The translations under genes were made by a program, and so were the position numbers. Below the pieces are notes generated by a model. The model was not told where the DNA came from and searched no databases. It worked only from the letters and a program-made list of their open reading frames with translations. DNA of 64,000 bases from Octopus vulgaris. Its lineage: Eukaryota. Shown in pieces: positions 40,316-51,970 of this stretch; position 1 is the stretch's first letter; the number at the start of each line of letters is the position of its first letter. The stretch lies in the NCBI GenBank assembly GCA_951406725.2, contig OX597819.1, positions 53,692,001 to 53,756,000 of the forward strand, read 5' to 3'.

Positions 40316-40416
40316 ATTCATTTATCCATTTCAATATATATATATATATATATATATCATGATAGACCGTTAGCTCCTACACGTATTTTTTTCTCTCCTT
40401 GTTTCTTTTCTGTGTA

Positions 40417-40454
40417 TCTTTCTGTCGAAGAGTGTAGGCTCGAAACGTAAAAGA
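40417..40454 (+). ncRNA. Minimal hammerhead-like motif (CUGUCGA variant) in Penelope-like relic 40360-40555
   Basis: TCTTT-CTGTCGA-A-GAGT-GTAG-GCTC-GAAA-CGTA-AAAGA. Confidence 0.55.
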
Positions 40455-40597
40455 ATTGTTCTATTTCTATTCCTGAGCGCCATACTAATACATTTGTTTG
40501 TTTGTACTCCACCTGCCTTCGTCTTTTGTTTATTTTTTTAAACCTTCACGTTATATATATGCTCTAACTGTCCGGATGTTTTGCGTTCGTCCCATTT

Positions 40598-40656
<59 letters not shown>

Positions 40657-41159
40657 GCTGATAGATACGTAGCTAGATATATACACACGCGCGCGCAAAG
40701 TGCTAATACATTTGTTCTTAGTTTGCAAAGGCCTTCTGAGCACATCTTTTAGAGGTAAAACCCAAAATTTATTAATCATCTTGTAATTGTCCTTTTGGAG
40801 ACAGTATGGTTCTCAACAGTTTAAAACTCATTTGACAGTTGCTGCAGAATTACCTTTCTTCCCTGAAGAATATAGAATTCCAGTCTTCGTTCCTCTGTGA
40901 TTTTTATAGTTTTAGCTTTGTCATATCGTTTCTTCCTTCCAGTAGAACCTTTTTCGTAGAGCTGGACGTATTTTCTTCGTAGTAGACAGAGAAAGAAAGA
41001 CCTTTCGTAGCTTGTGGATTTTAAAATATTCCGCGTCTCCCTTCACCAAAACTAGATTATAATGTTTAATATTCACATCTGTATAGAATTTCTTTTCCTT
41101 TGAAGACATACACACACACACAAACATAACTTACTCTAGCTAAGAGTTCTCTCTTTCTT

Positions 41160-41205
<46 letters not shown>

Positions 41206-41235
41206 CAAACATATATACACTTCGATCCTTGGATT

Positions 41236-41357
<122 letters not shown>

Positions 41358-41370
41358 GTCTGTCTGTCTG

Positions 41371-41420
<50 letters not shown>

Positions 41421-41445
41421 CACACACACATACACATATATATGC

Positions 41446-41713
41446 ATAGGATCGCGTTTTCGATTCCCAGACCGGGAGTGTTTATTGAGTGTTTATTGAG
41501 CGAAAACACCTAAAGCTCCCCGAGGCTCCGGCAGAGGTTGGTGTTCATTCCTGCCGTACTTTTTCACAACTTTCTCTGACTCTTTCTACTGTTGGCCTGC
41601 TCGCTTAGCCAGCGGGGTGGCGTCATTTGAAGGCTAAAACAATGCGAGGCGCATTGTGACCAGCGATGTGTAACAACATCTGATAGCTTAGTCTGTCACG
41701 GTGATCACGGTGA
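41446..41713 (+). mobile_element. SINE family C, 5' truncated
   Basis: Body and tail match 29322 and 61704. Confidence 0.85.
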
Positions 41714-41905
41714 TATAATATAAATAATAAATATATATATATGAATATATATATAATATAAATGATATAAATAATATATATGTATGTATGTATATATGCA
41801 TATATGGGTACAGGACGTCACCAACAGTAAACGACATGAAATACGAAAACAAATGAATTAAATACGCAAATATCGAGAGAAAAAAAAACGGACAAGTAAT
41901 ACAAA

Positions 41906-41973
41906 GAATGACCCTTCATCAGTTGTCAGCTGTCTACCGTCTCCCCATTTCGAACAATCAATGACAATATGAG
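41906..41973 (-). ncRNA. Non-circularly permuted hammerhead-like motif
   Basis: CTCA-TA-TTGTCA-TT-GATTGTTC-GAAA-TGGG...TGACAA-CTGATGA-A-GGGTCATTC. Confidence 0.6.
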
Positions 41974-42590
41974 TCTTCGAAGACAGTTGCTCCCATAAAT
42001 ATCAAAATAAAATTTTGGAATTAGGGAGGGTCAAAGTTAGGAACAAAAATAGGACAGTGGAGATGTACAGGGAAACCGAACGAAAACAAACATGGAAGAC
42101 CGTTAGATATGAACGAGGGGAAAATAGTGAACGCTGAGAGAATTATTTTCTTTGAAAAGAGAAAAGATAGAAGAGAGAGATGGGAGACATCCAGTCCTTA
42201 GAACGTCCGTACAGGAAAGATGGCCACAGGAGGAAAAGAAAGATGGACGATGGTCACGTGTGAGCAACGAGAGAGAGAGAGAGAAAGCTGTGAAAGGGAA
42301 AAAAGGGATTAGAGAGGATAGGAGAGAAAACAGAATAGAGTAGATCGCATCAAAAAGTTTAAGAGGACTGGACGTCTCCCATTTCTCTTCTATCTTTTCT
42401 CTTTTCAAAGAAAATATTTCTCTCAGCGTTCACTATTTCCCCCCCCCCCATCCAGGTCTAACGACTCACCATGTTTGTTTTCGTTCGGTTTTCCTGTACG
42501 ACTCCACTGTCCTGTTTTTGTTCCTAACATTGGCCCTCCATAAATCCAAAATTTTATTTTGGTATCTATGGAAGCAACTGTCTTCGAAGA

Positions 42591-42658
42591 TTCATATTGC
42601 CGTTGATTGCTCGAAATGGGGAGTTGATAGACAGCCGGCAACTGATGAAGGGTCATTC
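42591..42658 (+). ncRNA. Non-circularly permuted hammerhead-like motif
   Basis: TTCA-TA-TTGCCG-TT-GATTGCTC-GAAA-TGGG...CGGCAA-CTGATGA-A-GGGTCATTC. Confidence 0.65.
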
Positions 42659-42810
42659 TTTTTAGTACTTCTTTTCTTTCTCTCCTTATCTGCGTATTTT
42701 AGTCATTTGTTTTCGTATTTCATGTTGTTTACTGTTGGTGACGTCCTGTACCCATATATGCATATATACATACATACATACATACATACATACATACATA
42801 CATACATACA

Positions 42811-42863
42811 TTATGGCTGCCCCTTCGTTATCGAGTATAGCCATTGCACGAAGCTTAACTGTT
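42811..42863 (-). mobile_element. 53-bp extreme 3' end of the RTE-type LINE at 44100, embedded in (TACA)n
   Basis: Reverse complement of 44568-44620 with two substitutions. Confidence 0.85.
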
Positions 42864-42955
42864 ATACATACATACATACATACATACATATACATACATC
42901 TATATCTATATTATTTATATTATCATTTAATTGAACTCCAGGCATCCATTTCCAA

Positions 42956-43485
<530 letters not shown>

Positions 43486-44099
43486 CACTGTTCAGTGATG
43501 ATCAGATAAAGAAAAAAAGTACTCCATCTGGTGAGAGATAAATATTATTCAATAAGCACAACACATGTTTTTATGTGTTACTATTAGTTTCATGTGCTGA
43601 GAACATGTCAAATATTGTTTTATAACACGCCTGGTGTACACACACACACACACGCGCGCGCGCGCGCGCATCTCTTTTGAATTATACATAAAGAGAAACT
43701 TCTTGCGCACATTCATTAAAAAGACGTCAACGTACACGTCTTGACATTTTAAATATTTCATCAAGCTTTTTATCAAAAAGAACAAATTCAAAACAACCCT
43801 ATCATCTGTTTTCTGTGTGGACCATTTTATTTTCTTCTGTCTGCCGAAGATATTGATCTTCAAGTATATAAAGATGAAATATGGGAATTTTCTGAAGCAA
43901 CAACACTACATGAAAATTTTCAAAACATGTTTTTTTTTAAATATGCAGAAAGTATCGCTGGGTTTGGGGAAAAGTTATTTAAACTGCAATATAAAATGCA
44001 CTTGAAGGTGCTAAATTGACAAAAACATGTTTGACTCTTCTTTTTGCCCGGTAGCACACACATACACACATATATACAAATAAATGTATGTATGTATGC

Positions 44100-44624
44100 A
44101 TGGTGTAACACACCATACTAATCATATTTGTCGGGCATGTGGAAGAGAGTGTAATTCGGCAGGAGGTCTTAAACGACATGCAAAGGTACATGAAGCCCAG
44201 TTACAACTACAGGCGACTGTTACCTATTTCTTTATTACCCACAAGAGGCTAAACACAGAGGGGAGAAACAAGGACAGACATAGGTATTAAGTCGATTACA
44301 TCGACCCCAGTGCGTAACTGGTACTTAATTTATCGACCCCGAAAGGATGAAAGGCAAAGTCGACCTCGGCGGATTTTGAACTCACAACGTAACGCAGACG
44401 AAATACCGCTAAGCTTTTCGCCCGGCGTGCTAACGTTTCTGCCAGCTCGCCGCCTTCAATTACCAGCTCGCCGACTATTACCAGTAAAGGTTTTAGTTGC
44501 CAATTCTGTACAAGACATTGTAGATCTTTAGCTGGGCTAAAAAGTCACATTCGATCACAGCACAAGGAACAGTTAAGCTTCGTGCAATGGCCATACTCGA
44601 TAACGAGGGGGCAGCCATAATGTA
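44100..44624 (+). mobile_element. RTE-type LINE 3' end encoding two C2H2 zinc fingers, split by a SINE-B
   Basis: CRACGRECNSAGGLKRHAKVH and CQFCTRHCRSLAGLKSHIRSQH; 3' stem-loop CTCG-ATAA-CGAG followed by TAATGTA. Confidence 0.7.
44225..44456 (-). mobile_element. SINE family B (tail type 1), full length
   Basis: Full consensus match; imperfect TSD CGACT(G/A)TTACC. Confidence 0.9.
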
Positions 44625-44986
44625 AAGGTATATATGTATATATGTGCATGCGCTTTCATGCATGTTTATCCAATATGCACATTCGTACATGCTCAAGCGT
44701 ATGTACCTGTAACTGTATACAGGTATGTGAATAAATACAAGACCAAACACGCGCACACGCACACATATACCCTGCACACACGCATGCACGTACGCACACA
44801 CTTGCACACCTGCACGCACGCGTTTACAGAAACAAACTGTTTCAGCAGGTAAAACCTGTCCGATTCCTTGAGAATGATGATAAGTCGATAAAGTTCGTTT
44901 GTTTCCTTCTTGTCAGCATTCGTTCAGTGATTTATTAATGTTTTTTTTTTCAGTGTTAGATTATTATAATTATTATCGTCATTATT

Positions 44987-45022
<36 letters not shown>

Positions 45023-45135
45023 AATTTCTTGTTTCTTTGGTAACGAATCACTTGTGTAAAATGTGATGTTTTATAACCCAAGTCATCAATATTCCTTGTC
45101 AGGTTAGTTTAATATCGGAGGTTGTGGTAGTGAGC

Positions 45136-45198
<63 letters not shown>

Positions 45199-45253
45199 CA
45201 GTAATAGTAGTAGCAGCAGCAGTAGTAGTAGCAGCAGCAGCAGCAGCAGTAGC

Positions 45254-45298
<45 letters not shown>

Positions 45299-45407
45299 TG
45301 TAGTAGTAGTAAACTCATTCCATTTCTTGACGAGAATGGTCGTTTCGTCTTAGATTATATATATCAAGTAATTGATAAAGCTTGAAATTAGGACGCACGC
45401 ACGCACA

Positions 45408-45439
<32 letters not shown>

Positions 45440-45710
45440 TACACACAAACATACACACACACACATACACACACATAAAAACATACACATGCACACATAC
45501 ACAGATTCTTTTATTCTTTTACTGGTTTCAAACAGTGGACCGCGACCATGCTGAAGCACCATCTTCGTGCATTTTTTTCTTTCAATCGATCAATATCGAT
45601 CCTCAGTCTTTATTTTCAGTCTGGTATTTGTTTTATCGATCTCTATTTATCGAGTCGCTATATTATTGACACAAAGTTTTTTCCCCGGTAAAAATAGACA
45701 TCGCAGAATA

Positions 45711-45866
45711 CAATTCTGTATTTCTGAGATGAGGAATTGACACTATGCGCGCTATTTACATTAATCAGAGTGAAGTTCATCAGAATTTGTATTTAAGAGG
45801 ACACCAGTCCTCTCAATGTAAACAACGTACATAATATGAATTCCTCATCTCAGAAATATAGAATTG
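45711..45866. mobile_element. Small TA-flanked MITE
   Basis: TIR CAATTCTGTATTTCTGAGATGAGGAATT / AATTCCTCATCTCAGAAATATAGAATTG, TA on both sides. Confidence 0.75.
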
Positions 45867-45928
45867 TATGAACCAATTAGTACGAAGCGGTTTATAAGCG
45901 TATAAGCTTCAAAAAACAAATCAGGTTA

Positions 45929-46292
45929 GGCGCAGGCGTGGCTGTGTGGTAAGAAACATGCTTCCCAACCATATGGTTCCGGGCTCAATCCCACTGCGTG
46001 GTACCTTTGACATGTATCTTTTACTATATATAGCCTCGGACCGACCAAGGCCTTGTGAGTGGATTTGGTAGACAGAAACTGAAAGAAGCCCGTCGTATAT
46101 ATTAACTGTAAATATAATATCTGACAATTATTCGGCAGCCATGATAAAACTCCCAGTTTCGGATGTGGGGCGGATAGCTGAAGAGATGGCGGCGTGGGTT
46201 TCCGCCCCGACACCCGAAACTCGGAGTTTTATCATGGCTACCGAATAATTTACAGGGTCTCTTCAATTCTTTTGTTGGCTTACAATTTCTAT

Positions 46293-46364
<72 letters not shown>

Positions 46365-46571
46365 ATATATATGTGTGTGTGTGTGTATGTCTGTGTCTGC
46401 GTTTGTTCCCCACTATCGCATGACAACTGGTGGTGGTGTGTTTACGTCCCTGTAATTTAGCAGTTCGGCAAAAGAGCCCGCTAGAATAAGTTCGATTTGT
46501 TCGACTAAAACCCAAGGCAGTGCTGCAGCATGGCCGCAGTCAAATGACTGAAACAACTAAAATATAAAAGA
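45929..46571 (+). mobile_element. SINE family A interrupted at its internal TA tract by a Penelope-like relic (about 46105-46295)
   Basis: Head 45929-46100, tail 46370-46571. Confidence 0.85.
46173..46233 (+). ncRNA. Type I hammerhead motif with near-palindromic stem III
   Basis: GATAG-CTGAAGA-[GATG..CACCC]-GAAA-CTC-G-GAG-TT-TTATC; inverted partial copy at 46125-46170. Confidence 0.6.
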
Positions 46572-46619
46572 TGACAATGCTACTTCGACTAATGAAAAAA
46601 ACTGTACAAGATGGATTTT

Positions 46620-47080
46620 TTTTTTCATATTTTGGTCGTAGTCTCATCTTCTGGACCAGGTGACGTTGGTACACATCTGTTGATATTACAATTGGAATTT
46701 GAAGGTTTGCCCGCAATATTTATATGCTGTTAGTCGAGTGTTTATTTTTGTTTTGTGATTACTGTGCGATATTTGTGTTTCTTTCAACATCACACTTTGA
46801 TTATGAATTTTGCTTCCATCGTTGATCACTTGTTTTTGTTCGAGTTAATTCTTTATAGTATAAATGTATTGTTCACTAATGTTTTTCCCTTCTTGATTTG
46901 CGATTGCTTTTTGTTGTTAATGTATGGTGAGTTGGAGTCGTGGAGTTTACAACTTTCATGCTTAAAATCAAGTTTGTAAATCACATTGGTTTTTAGTAAC
47001 GAGTTTGCGGGTTTAGTAACTTGTTTAGTAACCCGCAAACAAGTTTAGTAACTTCTTTGCGGGTTTGAAATTTCTTAATG
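46620..47080 (-). mobile_element. Possible Penelope GIY-YIG endonuclease relic
   Basis: LLKTNVIYKLDFKHESCK..SPYI resembles the NVIY..C..C..YIG motif; heavily decayed. Confidence 0.4.
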
Positions 47081-47391
47081 ATCTGTAAGGAAGGTGTGTG
47101 TGGATGAACACATGTACATAGATATGCACACGTACACAAGTATGTATATATAAACACATACACACACATGCATATACGTACATATAAACGCACACATACT
47201 TGCGCATGTATACACACACATTCACGTGCGCAGCGGCTGTGTGGTAAGCAGCTTGCTTCCCAATCACATGGTTCTAGGTTCAGTCCCACTGCGTGACACC
47301 TTGGGCAAGTGTCTTCTATTATAGCGTCAGGCCGACCAAAGCCTTGTGAGTAGATTTGGTAGACGGAAACTAAAAAGAAGCCGCTCCTGCG

Positions 47392-47446
<55 letters not shown>

Positions 47447-47492
47447 CCCTGCCTGTGTGGTAAGGAGCTTGCATATACATATATATGTATGT

Positions 47493-47546
<54 letters not shown>

Positions 47547-48557
47547 GTATGTATGTATGTATTTACAATAGTGGCGATGGTGGTGGTAGTGGACTTTTCT
47601 CGCCAAGAAAGACGTGTAGGTTTCCAGTTGTTCGATCGACTTAAGGAGGATGTGACAATATGCGGCGAAATGCTGGACCTTTAAATTATTGGTATTATCT
47701 CTCCGACGGACTTCCACGCAGTTTCCCCTCTACTAAATTCAGTCACAAGGATTGAATCTATACGACGCTAAGATGCTAGTGTAGCAATAACCATTTTAGC
47801 CATTTTGAAATGTGGCGGGAATTGGCAATATGACGTAATGTCGTATTGCCGAAGAATTATCATTTTCGTTTTTTCCATTGGTTAATATAACTGCTCATAT
47901 AAAGATTCTAGAAGTTTCGAAAAGAATATTTGTCCTGAATTTCGATTCTTTTTAGTCAAGTTGAGCAGTTATAAAAACCCTGGATTTTGGAAAATATTTC
48001 AGTGTTCGTTGGTGTCACATAACTCCACGTCACTCACTCTTTTGGAGACATCGGTAATTTTTATGCCATGTCTAAGTTAATCACAAATCTATTTTGATTT
48101 GTTAGTTAATGTATTAGATAGAAAGAAGAAATTAGCTAAGGAATTTATAGTCGTTTTTCTCCACGACAAAGTTATCTTTCTTACTGTAAAAAAATATAAA
48201 ATGTTATATTTATATAATAAAAAATAATTAAAAAGAAAATGTTTCTCTTCACGTTTGTTTTTCAACTGAGCCTAGATAAATATGCATTTCTGTAATCTTT
48301 GATTTATGTTTCTTTTAGCGGTTTAAAGGACACGATTAAAATATTCAACATACATACATTTATATAGCGTTCCATGCGTATATGTCTATATGACGTTATA
48401 ACTGTAGTTAGGGTTTTTAGGTATAATGATAACACTTTAGTATAAGTGACGTTGAATCATTATATTCTCCCTTACTCAGAGAAAAGACAAATAAAATAAT
48501 ATAACTTAAGAGAAAGCTTAAGGTAGAATAAACCGAAAACCGCCATGATGATATATA

Positions 48558-48807
48558 TTGAGGAAAAAAGTCGTCAGAATTTTGGAAAAAATCCTTTTAT
48601 TTCTTCTTCATTATTATTAGCGCTTTCGTTCCTTTCTAGAACTTGTCAAATAAAATTATTTCAATGTACCAACAGCTTGTTCATTTTAATAAAACAGATC
48701 TTTTTGGGGGGGCTTCTGATTAGAAGAGAATATTGGTTGTTTTTTTTTGCGTGAGGTTCCATGATAATGGAGATGGATAGATAGAAATATAGATAGATAG
48801 ATAGGCT

Positions 48808-48876
<69 letters not shown>

Positions 48877-49326
48877 TCAGACGGATAGGTAGAGGGAAAG
48901 AGAGAGAGAGAAGGGGTATCCACCTTCCTATTAACCATTTATTTATTTATTTATTTATCTAGTCCTTTACCATTGTATTGGAATGGGTTTAAGAATAGTG
49001 ACTTCTTAAAAAAATATAGGTGCGGTTTGGTCATCACTGCTTTCTTTCTCTCTTCCGTTTTTTTTTCCATTCTTTTTCCTTCTTTCTTTTTCTCCTCTTT
49101 GAGTTATATTTAGAATATACCCCTTCCAAACATTCACTCTTGGAGGGAATTGTTTGAAAAAAAGAAAGAAAGCAAAATGACTTTTAGTGATGACCAAACC
49201 GCACCTGCTTTTTTTTTAACATTCACATAATTTTATTTGACAAGTTCTAGAAAGGAACGAAAGCGCTAATAATAATAAAAAAATAAAAGGTTTTTTTTCC
49301 AAAATTCTGACGACGTTTTTCTCAAC
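48558..49326. mobile_element. Element with about 105-bp inverted ends, containing a nested IR element (49006-49219)
   Basis: 48558-48668 is inverted at 49220-49326; inner IR AGGTGCGGTTTGGTCATCACT / AGTGATGACCAAACCGCACCT. Confidence 0.7.
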
Positions 49327-49360
49327 ATTCAATTTCTGTATACCACACCTAACACACACA

Positions 49361-49421
<61 letters not shown>

Positions 49422-49439
49422 ATATATATATATATATAT

Positions 49440-49733
49440 ATTGTTTGTTCCTTTTCAAGCAATGCCTGGCTCATAAGGGCCGGTTTTCTGGTTTCCTTGG
49501 CGTATAGGTTCCCCACCTGGACGGGACGCCGGTCCGTCGCAGGTGAGCTGCAAGATGCAAGCGGAGAGGAAGTTGAGGCGAAAGAGTCAGCAGAAGTTCG
49601 CCATTACCTCCTGCCGGAGCCGCATGGAGCTTAGGTGTTTCGCTCATAAACATACACATCGCTCAGTCTGAGATTCGAACCCGCGATCCCTCGACCGCGA
49701 ATCCGCTGCTCTAACCATTAGGCCATGTGCCTC
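49440..49733 (-). mobile_element. SINE family C (V-like tail)
   Basis: Matches 20738-21043. Confidence 0.87.
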
Positions 49734-49842
49734 CCAAAAATGTTCCTTCTCGAGCCATGCCAGTCCAGGAATCGAAACCACAACCTTACGATCATGAGTT
49801 CAACACCCTAACCACTAAGCCACGCGCCTCCACACACACACT

Positions 49843-49962
<120 letters not shown>

Positions 49963-50015
49963 TGCATACCTGTATAAATAAAAAGGAAAATACCTTTAAC
50001 TTCATACAAACATAC

Positions 50016-50071
<56 letters not shown>

Positions 50072-50156
50072 AGAATTCGCAAAAAAACAAAAGACGAAGA
50101 CAGGTGGTGTAGACAACAAACCGATGTATTAGTATAGTGCTCTGGAAGTGAAAAAG

Positions 50157-50194
50157 TCTTTAACGTTTCGAGCCTACGCTCTTCCACAGAAAGA
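50157..50194 (-). ncRNA. Minimal hammerhead-like motif (CUGUGGA variant) in Penelope-like relic 50068-50240
   Basis: TCTTT-CTGTGGA-A-GAGC-GTAG-GCTC-GAAA-CGTT-AAAGA. Confidence 0.55.
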
Positions 50195-50934
50195 AACAAG
50201 GAGAGAAAATAAAGAATGTGTGGTGACTCGCGATCTATCATATATATATATATATATATATTTCCTAATCTCCTTACAGGTCATGTTCTGTAATTTTGTT
50301 TTGATTTCTGGTTGGTTTCATTCAACATTTTCTTTCTTCTTCCTGTAAATTCCAAAGATTTACACATCATTGTGGACATTCTAATTGTTTTTCTTTATTA
50401 TTGCTGTTGCTATTGATAACAGACCTTGAATTCTTTTTCTAAAATCGTGATTATATCTTAAGTGTATTAACATTCTTCATCCCGAGCCCACCGGCAAGAG
50501 ACTTAGGGGTAGAAAGATAAGGCCGAATGATATTCACAACCTCAGTTAGTCACGCTTAGGAATCCAACTGAAAAGTGTAATTACAAATGTTTTTTGGTAA
50601 GACCAAATGGAGGAGGTGCCTGAAGATTCTACGCCCACATCAGCTCCCAGAAATAGTAGGCGGAGTAAATGGATAGATGGGTATACTAGCATCAGTCTTT
50701 TTTTTTTTTAAACATAAAATGTAACTACTTCAAAGGAGATTCTGTTTTCTTTTTTCTTCGTGGTTACCCAGAAACGGTAGTTTATGCAACATGAAATGAA
50801 AAAAAAAGTACCTCCTTTGGAAAGCTCTTCGAAGAAATAAAGTAACTGGATACGAGATTAATCCCTACTGTTTGTTTATCTTGAATCTACTGTGCAAGCT
50901 GATACTTATTTATCGATTCATGATAGATGAAAAG

Positions 50935-51428
50935 CAATCCAAACAGATCAGGTGCTAGAGCATAACAAACCGGATCTAGTGGTGGTGGACAAGGTGCACC
51001 ACATATGCTATATAGTTGACGTTACATTCCCCCCTTTGACCCACGAATAGTCAAGAAGGAAGGCGAAAAGGTAGATAGATATAACCCTCTAAAGTACGAA
51101 ATAGCCCTGCTGTGGAAAATGAAGAAAAGGGAGTTTAGTGCCAATTTATTGCTGGGTCCTTGGTAACAGTATCAGAAGGCATCAAGAGGAATATAAAGGA
51201 AATTGGAATAGAGTGCCCAGTAGAACTCTCACAAATGGTTTGCCTCCTTGGCACGGCAAGAATAATCAGGAAAGTATTCAATAGCTGAAAAGAACGAATA
51301 ACTTGGTGCCGTAGGCTGCGGGTAGTAAGCCCGCTACGCATGGAAGACTTCAGGAACTCCAACAAAAACTGTAATAAGAGAACATGATAATGATGATGAT
51401 GGTGATATAATAATAATAATAATAATAA
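50935..51428 (+). mobile_element. R4/Dong-like RLE LINE 3' end running into (TGA/TAA)n
   Basis: QTDQVLEHNKPDLVVVDK..YIVDV..PFD..EKVDRY..LKYEIA..W...CLLGTARIIRKVF*. Confidence 0.85.
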
Positions 51429-51431
51429 TGT

Positions 51432-51914
51432 TTCTCTTGATGCCTTCTGATACTGTTCCCAAGGACCCAACAATAATTGGCACTATATTCACTTTCTTCA
51501 TTTTCCACAGCTGGGCTATTTTGTACTTAAGATGGTTGTATCTATCTTTTCGCCTTCCTTCTTGACTATTCGTGGGTCAAAGGGGGAATGCAACGTCAAC
51601 TATATAGCATATGTGGTGCACCTTGTCCACCACCACTAGGTCCGGTTTGTTATGCTCTAGCACATCCTACGCAAAATACTTTCTATGTAATCTCAAGGTT
51701 TAAAACAAACAATTTTTATTTTTTTTTATTTTTATTTTATTTATTTTTATTTTATTTATTTATTTATTTGATATTCACTTGTACAACACCAACCCCCTCC
51801 CAAATATATGGCACACTAGGCATAACAACAACGGGAACTTCCAACCTGTTGTCTCTTGAGGTCTCTGGGTGAGACTTGGAGCCAACTTGTACAAACATAA
51901 AGCAAAAGTCAAAC

Positions 51915-51969
<55 letters not shown>

Positions 51970-51970
51970 T
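51432..51970. mobile_element. Inverted RLE fragment (51432-51663, minus) fused to another Dong-like 3' end (51660-51970, plus)
   Basis: Reverse complement of 50951-51190; GCAC junction; then AHILRKILSM*, 3' UTR and (AAT)n. The UTR is shared with 59233-59520. Confidence 0.75.

Larger units (their letters stand above)
41797..42763. mobile_element. Large head-to-head Penelope-like palindrome (about 400-bp arms)
   Basis: 41797-42198 is inverted at 42363-42763; both outer ends read GTGACGTCCTGTACCCATATATGCATA. Confidence 0.8.

Noticed and set aside
44084-44290. Host C2H2 zinc-finger gene exon
   Set aside because: It is followed by a LINE-type 3' stem-loop and tail that recur independently at 42811, and no splice sites are evident.
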